Source of the DNA: a virus
Lineage: Duplodnaviria; Caudoviricetes
Reading direction: 5' to 3' (one strand)
IMG/VR virus record: IMGVR_UViG_3300032305_001698
Location: 1-28,171 of that record
DNA: 28,171 nucleotides
Positions 14,048-23,592 of this stretch are shown piece after piece. Every line of letters begins with the position of its first letter. Within the stretch, counting starts at the first letter, position 1. A program made the translations under genes and the position numbers. Below the pieces are notes generated by a model. The model made no database searches, had not been told where the DNA came from, and worked only from the letters and a program-made list of their open reading frames with translations.

Positions 14048-14780
14048 CATTGTGCCAATGGGCGACATCCAAAAGATGGCGAAAGTGGCGGCTGACAGCA
14101 AAATGTTTGGCTTCAAGAGTGAGGCCGAGGCCATGGCTATCATGCTGCTGTGCCAGGCGGAGGATATGCACCCGGCCATCGCCATGCGGGATTATCATGT
14201 GATCCAGGGGCGTCCCGCGCTCAAGAGTGACGCCATGCTGGCCCGCTTCCAGACAAGTGGGGGCAAGGTCAACTGGACTAGCTACACTGATGAGGTGGTG
14301 ACCGGCTTGTTCAGCCATCCGCAAGGCGGCGAGGTCAGCATTAGCTGGACCATGGAAATGGCCCACCGGCTGGGCTTCACCAAGAAAGAAAACTGGCGCA
14401 ATTACCCGCGCGCCATGCTTCGCGCCCGCTGCATCTCTGAGGGCATCCGCACCGTGTTCCCGGCCTGTGTGGCTGGTGTCTATACGCCCGAGGAAGTGGC
14501 GGACTTCGCGCCGGCCAAGGGCGTTGTGGTGGATGTCACGCCAGAGCCTGAGCCAGAGCCGGTGCCTGATTATACCGTGCATCTCTACAAGCCTGACGGC
14601 ACGATCTACGCCAGCTTTGAAACCGAGGCGGACGCCTACCAGGCTTACTACAAAGTTGTGGACGGCATCGCGGCCAATCAGCGCATCTCGGAAGAGGATA
14701 AGCTCGCCAAGCTGCGCGGCTTCAAGCAGGCTAACGTGCATTGGATGGAACCTGACACTCAAGAGGAGCCTGCGGAATGA
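14040..14780 (+). CDS. RecT/Red-beta-like single-strand annealing protein (246 aa)
   Basis: HVIQGRPAL and NWRNYPRAMLRARCISEGIRTVFP...GVYTPEE motifs; adjacent to YqaJ nuclease. Confidence 0.8.
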   Translation: MSNIVPMGDIQKMAKVAADSKMFGFKSEAEAMAIMLLCQAEDMHPAIAMRDYHVIQGRPALKSDAMLARFQTSGGKVNWTSYTDEVVTGLFSHPQGGEVSISWTMEMAHRLGFTKKENWRNYPRAMLRARCISEGIRTVFPACVAGVYTPEEVADFAPAKGVVVDVTPEPEPEPVPDYTVHLYKPDGTIYASFETEADAYQAYYKVVDGIAANQRISEEDKLAKLRGFKQANVHWMEPDTQEEPAE

Positions 14781-15088
14781 GCGGCACATATGGCGACCAG
14801 CCCGGCAAGGGCGTTTTGTTTTCTGAGGAAAAGCGCGGCGAGAAATCGCCCGACTTTAAGGGGAAGCTGATCCTGGACCGGGATTACAAGGCCGGCGAAG
14901 AGTTGAAGATGGCCGGCTGGCAGAAGTCTAGCCGCCGCGGGCCGCTTATCAGCCTAAGCATCGACTCTTGGAAGCCAGACCCGAATTATAAGCCCGATCC
15001 CAACAAGCCCCCGCGGGAGAATACTTACCGGCCAGGCGGGATGACGCGCTTTGACGACGACGTGCCTTTTAGTCCTGAGCATAGATAA
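14777..15088 (+). CDS. SSB-like single-stranded DNA-binding protein (DUF736-like, 103 aa)
   Basis: GVLF...KSPDFKG...MAGW...ISLSI core and acidic DDDVPF tail motif. Confidence 0.7.
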   Translation: MSGTYGDQPGKGVLFSEEKRGEKSPDFKGKLILDRDYKAGEELKMAGWQKSSRRGPLISLSIDSWKPDPNYKPDPNKPPRENTYRPGGMTRFDDDVPFSPEHR

Positions 15089-15405
15089 TGGGCAAGGCGC
15101 AGCGCACTAAAGGGGCGACTTTCGAGCGGGACGTGGTGAACGCCCTTAAGGACGCCGGCATAGACGCTGCGCGCAATCTGGACCAGACGCGCGATGGCGG
15201 TGGAGACATCGACCTTGGCGCGTACATGGTTGAGTGCAAGCGTCGAGCCAGCATAGCGGTTTATGACTGGCTAGACCAATGCACACGCGCAGCCAGGCCG
15301 GGGCAAATCCCGCTGGTGGTGGCACGGGGCGACAGGCGGGAAGCCGTGGTCATCCTGCGCCTAGATGACTTCATACCAATGCTTGGAAAGGAAACAAAGG
15401 AATGA
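15088..15405 (+). CDS. Holliday junction resolvase, Hjc-like PD-(D/E)xK nuclease (105 aa)
   Basis: KGATFER, GGDID and VECKR motifs. Confidence 0.8.
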   Translation: MGKAQRTKGATFERDVVNALKDAGIDAARNLDQTRDGGGDIDLGAYMVECKRRASIAVYDWLDQCTRAARPGQIPLVVARGDRREAVVILRLDDFIPMLGKETKE

Positions 15406-15713
15406 GCGAACCAGCAAAAGACGAAGCCGACCTGATAAAGTTTATTGGGCAGATAATCTTTTACTTTGGAGGGGAGGAAGAGTTCTTTATGGAAAACGCC
15501 GAATCCGCCCTCGACATTATCCGAGAGCAGGGGTGGTCTGTGGTTCCGCAGAGGGAACTGGACGCCCTCCACGCCGAGAATGCGCTGCTGCGGGAGGCTA
15601 TAGAAGATAGCGCAATCATGATTGAAGCTTGTCACGACGCGCCGACCAATCCCGACAGTTTGCCTCAAATGTTACTGCACCACATGCGAGCAGCCTTGGA
15701 AAAGAAGCCGTGA
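15402..15713 (+). CDS. Hypothetical acidic protein (103 aa)
   Basis: ATGA-coupled; AAGGA SD. Confidence 0.7.
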   Translation: MSEPAKDEADLIKFIGQIIFYFGGEEEFFMENAESALDIIREQGWSVVPQRELDALHAENALLREAIEDSAIMIEACHDAPTNPDSLPQMLLHHMRAALEKKP

Positions 15714-16078
15714 AAGCCAAGCGCGTGCGGTGGTCGCCGGAAATCGTCGGCAGCTTGCATACGGGCGGCATTCCATGGACCGCCGAGGAAAACAAACGCC
15801 TGTTTGACATGCTGCAAGAAGAATGCAGCCTGCGAGAAATCTCAACCAAACTCAACCGCAGCTATGTCAGCGTCAAAGACAAGGTAAACCGCCTTTCCCG
15901 ATCCGGCGAAAACGCCAGGCAACCCTCAACCCAAAAACGAGTGATAGCCCGCGACATAAAGGAAAAGGCCGGTAAAGCCAGCGTGAAGTGCCTAAAGTGC
16001 CTGAATTTGTTTGACAGCTATGACCCACGACGCAACCGCATCTGTGCACGGTGCAAAGGAAACGAGGATTGGAAATGA
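15710..16078 (+). CDS. GcrA/Myb-like HTH protein with C-terminal Zn finger (122 aa)
   Basis: GTGA overlap start; WTAEENKRLFDML...LNRSYVSVKDKVNRL and CLKC...RICARC. Confidence 0.7.
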   Translation: MKAKRVRWSPEIVGSLHTGGIPWTAEENKRLFDMLQEECSLREISTKLNRSYVSVKDKVNRLSRSGENARQPSTQKRVIARDIKEKAGKASVKCLKCLNLFDSYDPRRNRICARCKGNEDWK

Positions 16079-16830
16079 TGGAAAACGTGAAGCTAATGGT
16101 AGCGACCCCAATGTATGGTGGCATGTGTGTGGGCTGGTATAACCAGAGCATGATGGCGCTCGCCAACGCCGTGAAGATGCGCGGCTGGGAGTTCCAGTCT
16201 CTGTGCCAGTTTAACGAAAGCCTGATCCAGCGCGGACGCAACGCGCTCACCAAGGCGTTCCTGAAAACAGAATGCACCCACCTGCTGTTCATTGACGCGG
16301 ACATCAAGTTCGACCCCATGCACATCATCGCCATGGTGGAAGCAGATATTGACCTCCTCGCCGGCATCTACCCCAAGAAGGAAATCAATTGGCATAGCGT
16401 GGCCGAGGCTGTTCACCGCGGCGTGCCGGTTGACCAACTTAAGCACTACACCGGCAGTTTCGTTGTGAACCTCCTGGACGGGGTGCAGAGCGCCACGATC
16501 CCCAGCAACCTACCCCTAGAGGTGCTAAACGCTGGAACCGGCTGTATGCTCATCAAGCGGCGTGTGTTTGAGGTTCTGGAACCCATCACCGATACCTACA
16601 TGAATGACGTGACAGACCTGTCAGGCGTCCTACAGCCAGAACCCATCCACGCTTTCTTTGATGTCACGATCTGCCCCGAGAGTGACCGCCTGCTGAGCGA
16701 GGATTACCATTTCTGCCAAGCCTGGCGGCGGGCTGGCGGCAAAGTCTATGTGGCACCTTGGGTGGTGCTGTCCCACATCGGCACATATGAGTTTGAAGGT
16801 CGTCTGCTCCCGGAGAACGAAAATGCCTGA
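16075..16830 (+). CDS. GT-A fold glycosyltransferase-like protein (251 aa)
   Basis: VATPMYGG, RGRN, LFIDADI (DxD), GTGCMLIKR, SEDYHFC and LSHIG motifs. Confidence 0.75.
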   Translation: MMENVKLMVATPMYGGMCVGWYNQSMMALANAVKMRGWEFQSLCQFNESLIQRGRNALTKAFLKTECTHLLFIDADIKFDPMHIIAMVEADIDLLAGIYPKKEINWHSVAEAVHRGVPVDQLKHYTGSFVVNLLDGVQSATIPSNLPLEVLNAGTGCMLIKRRVFEVLEPITDTYMNDVTDLSGVLQPEPIHAFFDVTICPESDRLLSEDYHFCQAWRRAGGKVYVAPWVVLSHIGTYEFEGRLLPENENA

Positions 16831-17380
16831 GTTCACTCAAGACTGGTTCAGCCACAACATCCCCGGCCTAGAGCGCATGATGGCGCTGCTGCCGGAAAAG
16901 CGCCGTTTTCTTGAGATTGGAGCCTTTGAAGGCCGCTCCACGCTCTGGTTCCATGAGCAGCTGAACAAGATGGTCCCGCACAGCATTGACGTAATCGACA
17001 CATGGGGCGGGAGCGAGGAACACGTTGGAATTGACTTCCGCGCGGTAAAACGCCGCTTTGACGATAATACGTTGGGAACGCCAAACATCTTCCCTTTTAT
17101 GGGTGATCTGTTTGAGTTTATTCGCAAGGGCAACGCGCGGCCATACGACTTCATTTACATTGACGGCAGCCACCAAGCGCCACACGTCCTAGCGGATGCC
17201 TGTATGGCTTGGCCCACGCTCAAGCAGCACGGCATTATGGTCTTTGATGACTACCTATGGGGCTTTAACGAAAGCCCGCTACACACGCCCAAGATGGCCG
17301 TGGATGCCTTCATGGCTTGCTACCACGAACAGCTAGAAGTGGTGCTTGCCGGCTATCAGTGGGGCATTAGGAAACTGTAA
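16823..17380 (+). CDS. Class I SAM-dependent methyltransferase (Methyltransf_24-like, 185 aa)
   Basis: LEIGAFEGRS, IDTW, DFIYIDGSH and MVFDDY motifs. Confidence 0.85.
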   Translation: MPEFTQDWFSHNIPGLERMMALLPEKRRFLEIGAFEGRSTLWFHEQLNKMVPHSIDVIDTWGGSEEHVGIDFRAVKRRFDDNTLGTPNIFPFMGDLFEFIRKGNARPYDFIYIDGSHQAPHVLADACMAWPTLKQHGIMVFDDYLWGFNESPLHTPKMAVDAFMACYHEQLEVVLAGYQWGIRKL

Positions 17381-17406
17381 TCTGGAAAACCGATTTTTCT
17401 TGTGGC

Positions 17407-17429
17407 GGGGGAAGGTTTTTCATTCCCCC
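17407..17429. terminator. Possible hairpin/terminator where the operons converge
   Basis: GGGGGAA-N9-TTCCCCC; no adjacent canonical U-tract. Confidence 0.3.
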
Positions 17430-17632
17430 TGTGGCATAAGCAGTCCACCCAAGTGCATATACAAACCATGCACCATAGCCGAGGAGGCCGGTATGCTCGC
17501 ATAACCAAACTGCTTGTGAGTTTCATACACGATCAAGATGCACACCGGGTCACGCGCTAGCACCTCTTCCAATGCGTCCCTAGCGTGCTGTGCCAGCTTC
17601 GCATCATCGGGGTCTATGGTAGCCACCTTCAC
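17420..17632 (-). CDS. Hypothetical protein (70 aa)
   Basis: GTGA overlap with the phosphoesterase stop. Confidence 0.65.
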   Translation of the reverse strand: MKVATIDPDDAKLAQHARDALEEVLARDPVCILIVYETHKQFGYASIPASSAMVHGLYMHLGGLLMPQGE

Positions 17633-18639
17633 TCCGAACGGCCCGCCTGCACCCTCACACGCGGTTTCCCGGCTATCTCTTCGCCGCGCCACCAAGCCAC
17701 ACCATTGATAATCTCACAAAGCTCTGGCGGCATCAGCACCCCGTTCCTAAAGGTCAACACGGCAAACCCAGGATTCCACAACCGCGTGTTACCCTGCATG
17801 TAGGCAAAGCACGGCCAAGCAGGGTCCGCAAGCATCCCAGTCTGCACACCGTACCGCCGCCCCCTCATGTCCACCATCGGTTTATACTCAAGGCAATGCG
17901 TATCACCCGACACAAACGACACACCCGACTTGAGTGCATTATTCCAAGCCGCGTGCATGCCGCTATGATACCTGTGCATGACAACCACGTCATTGATGTC
18001 CAGCCGGTGGCACATCCGCCAATCGGAAAAATGACCGGCAAAATCAAAGCCAGACACGCCCTCAAACATGGCGTTGTTCAATGCTAAATATTTATCAAAT
18101 CGATCATCGTGATTGCCGCGCACCCACCACCTGGCAGCCCGCGGAGCCAACCCCATAATGTCATCCAAATGCTTTTTGGCAGCCTCTAACTCGTCCTGTA
18201 CCTTAATGCGTTTATGCCAGCCCAACGGGTCATGCCGGCTAGGCTCGCCCATGTCCAAAAGGTCGCCCACGCTGAGCAAAATGTCGGGTTTGACCTGTGG
18301 TATGACCTTTAGCAGCGCCTCATGAGCCAAACTGCGAGGTTGGTGTATGCTGGTCCAGTGCGCATCGCTAAAGGCCACAACCACAGCATTAAGATGAGTG
18401 ATTTTCTCAGTCAAATCCGATTTCGGCGGATTTTCTGGATCGTATGCAATCGCCTCTTTGTGCAGTTTGCGTACATCGGCCTTCCTGAATTTTGAAATGG
18501 CCGCATCGTAATGATTCTGCGCCGTTGCAACCGCCATGGGCGGAATGAACGATCTAGCGGCTTTGCTAACAGAGCCGTGAACGCCTACTAGATTGTAAAC
18601 AAGCTCAACATCTTCCCATTTGTACCCGGCTTGGGCCAT
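17629..18639 (-). CDS. Calcineurin-like metallophosphoesterase (336 aa)
   Basis: SDAH, GDLLD, GNHD, VMH and GDTH motifs; ATG 18639 preferred. Confidence 0.85.
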   Translation of the reverse strand: MAQAGYKWEDVELVYNLVGVHGSVSKAARSFIPPMAVATAQNHYDAAISKFRKADVRKLHKEAIAYDPENPPKSDLTEKITHLNAVVVAFSDAHWTSIHQPRSLAHEALLKVIPQVKPDILLSVGDLLDMGEPSRHDPLGWHKRIKVQDELEAAKKHLDDIMGLAPRAARWWVRGNHDDRFDKYLALNNAMFEGVSGFDFAGHFSDWRMCHRLDINDVVVMHRYHSGMHAAWNNALKSGVSFVSGDTHCLEYKPMVDMRGRRYGVQTGMLADPAWPCFAYMQGNTRLWNPGFAVLTFRNGVLMPPELCEIINGVAWWRGEEIAGKPRVRVQAGRSE

Positions 18640-18657
18640 ATGAACCCCCAAAGCGCG

Positions 18658-18801
18658 TCATCGTCGCGCAGTGCGCTTGCTCTTTCGGAACGCTTTAGCC
18701 GTAGGAGCACCTTTGCTTCCAGGCTTCCTCATACGTTCACCGCTACCTTGCTCAATTCGCCGTCTTTTTGCGTGAATGTTTGAATACAATCCGGGTTTCA
18801 T
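18658..18801 (-). CDS. 47-aa highly basic phage protein
   Basis: Not in ORF track. ATGA overlap; MKPGLYSNIHAKRRRIEQGSGERMRKPGSKGAPTAKAFRKSKRTARR, a pattern I recall from many uncultured phages. Confidence 0.8.
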   Translation of the reverse strand: MKPGLYSNIHAKRRRIEQGSGERMRKPGSKGAPTAKAFRKSKRTARR

Positions 18802-19052
18802 CGGCATTTCCACCTACGCATTGACGCCCTCGCCCGGCTGCCAGGCTTAGACTTTCTGGCAATGGGACGCATGCGCGCACAAAATGAAGCCTTGCGGCCA
18901 GCTTCTTTTGCGTTGCGCGGGTTGGGCGCTGGGGCTTTCAGGCGGCTGCCTGTGGCCTTGTTGTAGCGCGCCCTACCCTTGGCCGTGAGACCCGCCCCGC
19001 GGCTTGCAGGCAGCTTCTCACCGCGCCCTATGCTGAGGCTGTCCCCGGCCAT
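18798..19052 (-). CDS. Basic phage protein, DUF6321-like (84 aa)
   Basis: GAGLTAKGRARYN...LKAP...RKASFCARM...RRWKC. Confidence 0.75.
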   Translation of the reverse strand: MAGDSLSIGRGEKLPASRGAGLTAKGRARYNKATGSRLKAPAPNPRNAKEAGRKASFCARMRPIARKSKPGSRARASMRRWKCR

Positions 19053-19300
19053 TAGTAAACCTTTCGGCCAGGCTTGGTGGTGGGGCTGTCCTTGGTGTTG
19101 GTGGGGTTATCCCCAAAGCCCCACATGCTCTGATAGCCCCCCTTGGGAAGCTCACCAGACCTGAAAGTGGGCCTACCGTCCTGGCTGCCATCGCGCGGCA
19201 ACTGCGGTCGGTAAGCCTCCGCAATCTGCTGGTTTTCGTCCTGGCTGCGCTTGAACTTGACGGGGGTGCCGCTGTTCCTACCCGCGATCGGTTTCATCAT
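19052..19300 (-). CDS. Hypothetical basic protein (82 aa)
   Basis: TAATG overlap with the downstream gene; AAGGA SD. Confidence 0.7.
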   Translation of the reverse strand: MMKPIAGRNSGTPVKFKRSQDENQQIAEAYRPQLPRDGSQDGRPTFRSGELPKGGYQSMWGFGDNPTNTKDSPTTKPGRKVY

Positions 19301-19514
19301 AGGATTTCCTTTGGCCTTTCAAACTGGGGATGTACACAGCCAGGGCGAAAAACGCCACAAGACCTAGACGCTCGTAGCTGGGTTCTATCATGGCCCAGCA
19401 GAAAAGCGAGAAAGTCATTAGCATGGCTAGGAGCGAAAAGGCCCGCTCCCCAAGTACCTGTAGCGAAATGCGGATAACCCGAACGGCGTCCATGTGCATG
19501 TGTCCCTCTGTCAT
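19278..19514 (-). CDS. Two-TM membrane protein, holin candidate (78 aa)
   Basis: Two hydrophobic segments and a charged C-tail; alternative starts at Met6/Met8. Confidence 0.5.
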   Translation of the reverse strand: MTEGHMHMDAVRVIRISLQVLGERAFSLLAMLMTFSLFCWAMIEPSYERLGLVAFFALAVYIPSLKGQRKSYDETDRG

Positions 19515-19523
19515 GAGACATCT

Positions 19524-19733
19524 TTAACCTTCATCGGTGTCATCGGTCAAGAAACCCACGCCGTACTGGTCGTCCGAAACCTTCTGCTTGATCTTCTCAA
19601 GGTTCAGGGCGCGGTCAATCACCCGCATTTTGTCGATCAGGCTGGTTTCAGGGTTGTTCAGCACTTCCTTGAGCATCTTGCTGATAGCCGCTTCCAGATC
19701 GGGGTTGATGCCCTTAACGCTCTGCTTGACCAT
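19524..19733 (-). CDS. Hypothetical helical protein (69 aa)
   Basis: ATG 19733 in TAATG overlap, GGAGG SD. Confidence 0.75.
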   Translation of the reverse strand: MVKQSVKGINPDLEAAISKMLKEVLNNPETSLIDKMRVIDRALNLEKIKQKVSDDQYGVGFLTDDTDEG

Positions 19734-21838
19734 TAGCGACCTCCAAAGAAATAAGCGCCACCGACACCACCCAAACCAATGGCCGTGCCAGCCTTCAACG
19801 CCCACGACCTCAAACGCCTGACAGCCTCTTGCTGCTGCGTGGTGGCCGTTTTGTATTGGTTCACAAGGTTAGTCATCCGGGTATAGGTCACTGAGTCCAA
19901 CTCGTTTTCAATGCGGCTAAGCAGTTGAGACGAGAACTTGTTTCTGTCCGCGCTGTTCAGGGCGTTGCGAATGTTGGCAAGATCACGATTCACATTTTCG
20001 CGTACAGGGGCAATTTTATTGATTTCTTGACCAATAGAGGTAATTTCCCTCTCAAGCACCGTCACTTCTTGCCTCAGCCGCGTTGCCGTGGCTGTAGCCG
20101 ATGCTGCGGTCTCTGCCTGCCTTGTAGCACCTTCAAGAAAACGGCTATTTAGTTGCGCGCGAAATTCCGGCCCCAAAACCTCCAAAACCGCCCGCACTTT
20201 ATCGCTTCCCAGATACTGGCGCGCCTCGGCGGCGGTTTTGCCCACAAGCTGGGTGGCAAAATACCGTTCTGCGGCGGCAAGCACAGGCTCACGCCCTCCC
20301 AAGGCGTCCATCAAGCCCCTGACGTTTTCAGGGCTGCTAAAAGCGCGGCCAGGCAGTGACTGAGCGGGCGCAGAAAAGTAGCTAGGGGCGTTAACCTCTG
20401 TTCCGGTAAGCGCCTTACCCAATCGGCTGGCCGCAACGCGAAGCGGTTCCGATAATTGCCTGTAGCTATCCAGATATTGCCCGAACGCCGGTTCGTACTC
20501 GCGCATGGCTCCGCTCAAACGAGTGTACAAATCTCTCGCCAATTGCTGGCCGATGGCTTGATAGCCTTCCTCAGGCGCACCAAAAGCCGCATCACCCAGT
20601 TTGCGCCTAATAGTCTCAGAGCTGGCAAAAGACGGGCGTGCATTTTCCGTGCCTTCAAACAAGGCCCGCTGCACGGTGCGCAATTGATTGACAAGGGTGG
20701 GATCAGTTTCAGTGTTTAAATTGCGAGTGATAAAACCCTGCAATTCCTGCATGGGGCTTGAAGCCACAAAAGGCTCCGAAACCTCTCTAGCAGCAGCGGC
20801 TTCACGCGCCGCCGTGAGATTGCTTTCTGCCGCCGCCGACCTTTCCGCTCGCAGAGTCGCAAACCGTTCTGCGGCGGGAGTTCGCAAAAACTGGGTGCCA
20901 ATCTCATCAAGCGTCTGAGGGCGCAACACGCTCTGGCCGAACTCATTGACCGTTCTGACGCCGGCAAGGCCCTCACCAGCTTGCAATTCTGCTTGGGTGG
21001 CGCGGGCAGCCTGTTGTTCCGCCTGCGCGGCCTCATCCGTCAATTGCGTGACTCTGCCACGCCTAGCCGCTTGTTCGGCCAACAATGCTGCTTCTTCGGC
21101 GGTTCTAGCGGTTGCAACGCCCTCACCTTGCCCCCGAATAGCAGCAACCATATCTTCGCCAGCGGCAGTTGCTTCGCCACCACGCGCCCGGCGCACAGTT
21201 TCAGTGACCGGCCGAGCGGCAGAAGCAACGCCACGCCCAGCAGAAGCAAGGCCCTGCCCAGCGCGCACAACACCACTTGGCGTACCAAAACCGCCAATCA
21301 CTTCACCAAGGCTTTCAAAGCCAGCACCGCGGCCCTCTGCGCGCGGACCAGGCAATGCTCGGTTCACTTCCTCGGGCGTTGGAAACAACGTGCGGCCACC
21401 AGTAGGCGAACGCCGATCAGGCGCTTCAAAACCCAACGCGCGAGGCACCGTGTAAGCGCCAAACTCTTCAAGCGCACCAGGCGCTCCCAAAAGACCCGCA
21501 ACACCGCCGCGAGCAAGCCCGTAAACGTTTTGGCCCGTTTCAGATAACACGCGCCTAGCACCCTCACCCGGCGTGGGAGGCTTAGCAGGCACATCAAACC
21601 TGTTGCGCATAAAGTCATAAATCTGTTGGTCAGAAGCGCCAGATTTACGCGCATCTTCCAAACGAAAATCAACTTGCGGGGCTAAAAACTCAACAACTTG
21701 TGCCGGCGTAGCTCGCGCCCTTTCGGCACCACCGAAATCAAACGTTTTAGCCGGCGCAGGGCGGGCGGGCACATCGGGCGCGGGTTCATATTGAGGAACC
21801 GCTAAGCCGGTTGCGATGTCGGTAGTGGTTTCACTCAT
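19733..21838 (-). CDS. Putative internal virion/DNA ejection protein (701 aa)
   Basis: Large Ala-rich helical ORF with C-terminal Gly-rich hydrophobic segment; last of four large genes after the tail genes. Confidence 0.6.
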   Translation of the reverse strand: MSETTTDIATGLAVPQYEPAPDVPARPAPAKTFDFGGAERARATPAQVVEFLAPQVDFRLEDARKSGASDQQIYDFMRNRFDVPAKPPTPGEGARRVLSETGQNVYGLARGGVAGLLGAPGALEEFGAYTVPRALGFEAPDRRSPTGGRTLFPTPEEVNRALPGPRAEGRGAGFESLGEVIGGFGTPSGVVRAGQGLASAGRGVASAARPVTETVRRARGGEATAAGEDMVAAIRGQGEGVATARTAEEAALLAEQAARRGRVTQLTDEAAQAEQQAARATQAELQAGEGLAGVRTVNEFGQSVLRPQTLDEIGTQFLRTPAAERFATLRAERSAAAESNLTAAREAAAAREVSEPFVASSPMQELQGFITRNLNTETDPTLVNQLRTVQRALFEGTENARPSFASSETIRRKLGDAAFGAPEEGYQAIGQQLARDLYTRLSGAMREYEPAFGQYLDSYRQLSEPLRVAASRLGKALTGTEVNAPSYFSAPAQSLPGRAFSSPENVRGLMDALGGREPVLAAAERYFATQLVGKTAAEARQYLGSDKVRAVLEVLGPEFRAQLNSRFLEGATRQAETAASATATATRLRQEVTVLEREITSIGQEINKIAPVRENVNRDLANIRNALNSADRNKFSSQLLSRIENELDSVTYTRMTNLVNQYKTATTQQQEAVRRLRSWALKAGTAIGLGGVGGAYFFGGR

Positions 21839-23592
21839 CGCGGTGTACCCAAGAATTGCGACAAATCGGGCGCGGCTGGCGTTGTTCCACTAGGCTGTGT
21901 TTCGTGCCTAAGCAACGCAAAGCCACGCGCGGCAGAACCGCGCTCAGCGGCCATAGAGCCTTGATCGTGCAATTGCGTGCCAATGGTCGCAAGACGGTCA
22001 AAATTGAAATCTGGCAAACCAGGCAACTGAGAACCCTGCGCCAACTCTTGAACGTGCTGCCTCATCAAATCAACAAAACCTTGCCGCGAAAATTGGTTTT
22101 GGTTCATCAAGTTGTTGAAGCGATTTTGGAATGAAACAGTAAAGCCTCTAGCGCCGCCCGCAAGCGCCCGCTCGTAGTTAACAAGGTATGCAGCATACCG
22201 CTTGGCGAACAACAGCGCGTTTTGCTCGCCTTCGGGCAAACTGCGCCGTTCAGCCTCAGTCAATTCAGTGGATTGCGGATTTGTATTATTCCTCACCGCA
22301 TCCACAGATGAAGTCAAATACCTTTCAATAAAGCCGCGCAACTGTCCGCTGCGGCCCATGTTTTCGGGCAGCCTGTTAGCTTGATCGGCAATTGCCGCAC
22401 CTTCCGCCATTGCGCGGGCAGCGCCATAAATCCGTTCAGCCGGAACCTTTGGAATTGCTTGTCCGGTCAACCTGTAAATCTCGGCAGCCTCGGGGCCTTG
22501 CGCTCGCACAAAATTTTGCTCAGAAGTTCTACGAGAATCTTCTAGAGTCTGCCGCCGTACTGCCGCCGCTTGTTCAGCCGCCGCTTTGCGCTGCTCAATT
22601 TGCGACATCATCGTCATTGTGGTCTGCATTATTTGCCTATCGCCTTCAAGGCCAGCCCGCTCTCCCACAAGCCTAGGCAACTCAGCGCCAAGCCTGACAG
22701 CATCAAGCCGGAAATTACGCTGAGCGGCATCCATGTCAGTCTGCGCCAACCGCTGCGCACGGCTAAAAGCTTCCTGCAACTGCTGGTTCTGCGCCTGCAC
22801 TTGGCGAACCCCAGTTTCAAAGTTCTGGCGTTCCCGCTGGTACAGGTCTTGCCGGCCTTGACGATAGCCGTTCATCATGCCGGTCATGGACTGAACGGCC
22901 ATAAGCGCGCCGCCCCGTGCTTTGCCGCCCAACGTAGCGCCGGCCAGCATCAGCAGGCTGCCAAGCATGCCAATATCGCGCGCCGTCTCTTGAGTGGGCA
23001 CAAACTCAGGAATAGGCCGCAAGCGACGGTCTAAATCTTGCGTAAGCTGGCGCTGAGTGTTGGCATAATCCCGAGAAGTTCGCTCCTCACCCTCGGCCAC
23101 ACGAACCCGCTGCCGCTGTTCAACATCTGCAATACCGCGCGCATTTTCGCCCGCCCGCCTATTAATGTCGCGCAGTTGGCCCAGCATACCCTGCATACCG
23201 GGAGACAGGCCGTTTAGAGGGTTAGACGAAGACAATGCACTACCGGCACTAGACCCCGATCCTCCAGCGGCAGTTACGTCAGACCCCGATCCGCCAGTCT
23301 CATCTCCCGATCCAGACCTATCAGGAGCGTTCATAGAGGCCAATTGCCGCGGTGGCGCACCTGTAGCGCCCGCAAACTGCCCCGTAGCGCGAGGCAAGCC
23401 CTCGGTCCATGCGCCGCCTGCACTTGCCGCCGTAGGCTCACGGAACCCGCCAGGCGCTGCCGGCACACCAGACCGGCGCTGGCTCATAGCCAACAAAGCG
23501 GCCTGCTGCTGCTCGGGAGGCAAACTCAGAATGGCATCACGCTCGGCTGCCAGATCGGCGTTGCGGCCATACATCTCGTTAGAGCCTGACAT
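21835..23592 (-). CDS. Putative internal virion/DNA ejection protein (585 aa)
   Basis: Ala/Gln/Arg-rich coiled coils with a central hydrophobic Gly-rich stretch. Confidence 0.6.
   Translation of the reverse strand: MSGSNEMYGRNADLAAERDAILSLPPEQQQAALLAMSQRRSGVPAAPGGFREPTAASAGGAWTEGLPRATGQFAGATGAPPRQLASMNAPDRSGSGDETGGSGSDVTAAGGSGSSAGSALSSSNPLNGLSPGMQGMLGQLRDINRRAGENARGIADVEQRQRVRVAEGEERTSRDYANTQRQLTQDLDRRLRPIPEFVPTQETARDIGMLGSLLMLAGATLGGKARGGALMAVQSMTGMMNGYRQGRQDLYQRERQNFETGVRQVQAQNQQLQEAFSRAQRLAQTDMDAAQRNFRLDAVRLGAELPRLVGERAGLEGDRQIMQTTMTMMSQIEQRKAAAEQAAAVRRQTLEDSRRTSEQNFVRAQGPEAAEIYRLTGQAIPKVPAERIYGAARAMAEGAAIADQANRLPENMGRSGQLRGFIERYLTSSVDAVRNNTNPQSTELTEAERRSLPEGEQNALLFAKRYAAYLVNYERALAGGARGFTVSFQNRFNNLMNQNQFSRQGFVDLMRQHVQELAQGSQLPGLPDFNFDRLATIGTQLHDQGSMAAERGSAARGFALLRHETQPSGTTPAAPDLSQFLGTPR

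Noticed and set aside
21969-21982. sigma54-like TGGCAC-GCAA-TTGC on the minus strand
   Set aside because: Spacer is 4 nt instead of the required 5 and it lies inside a CDS.
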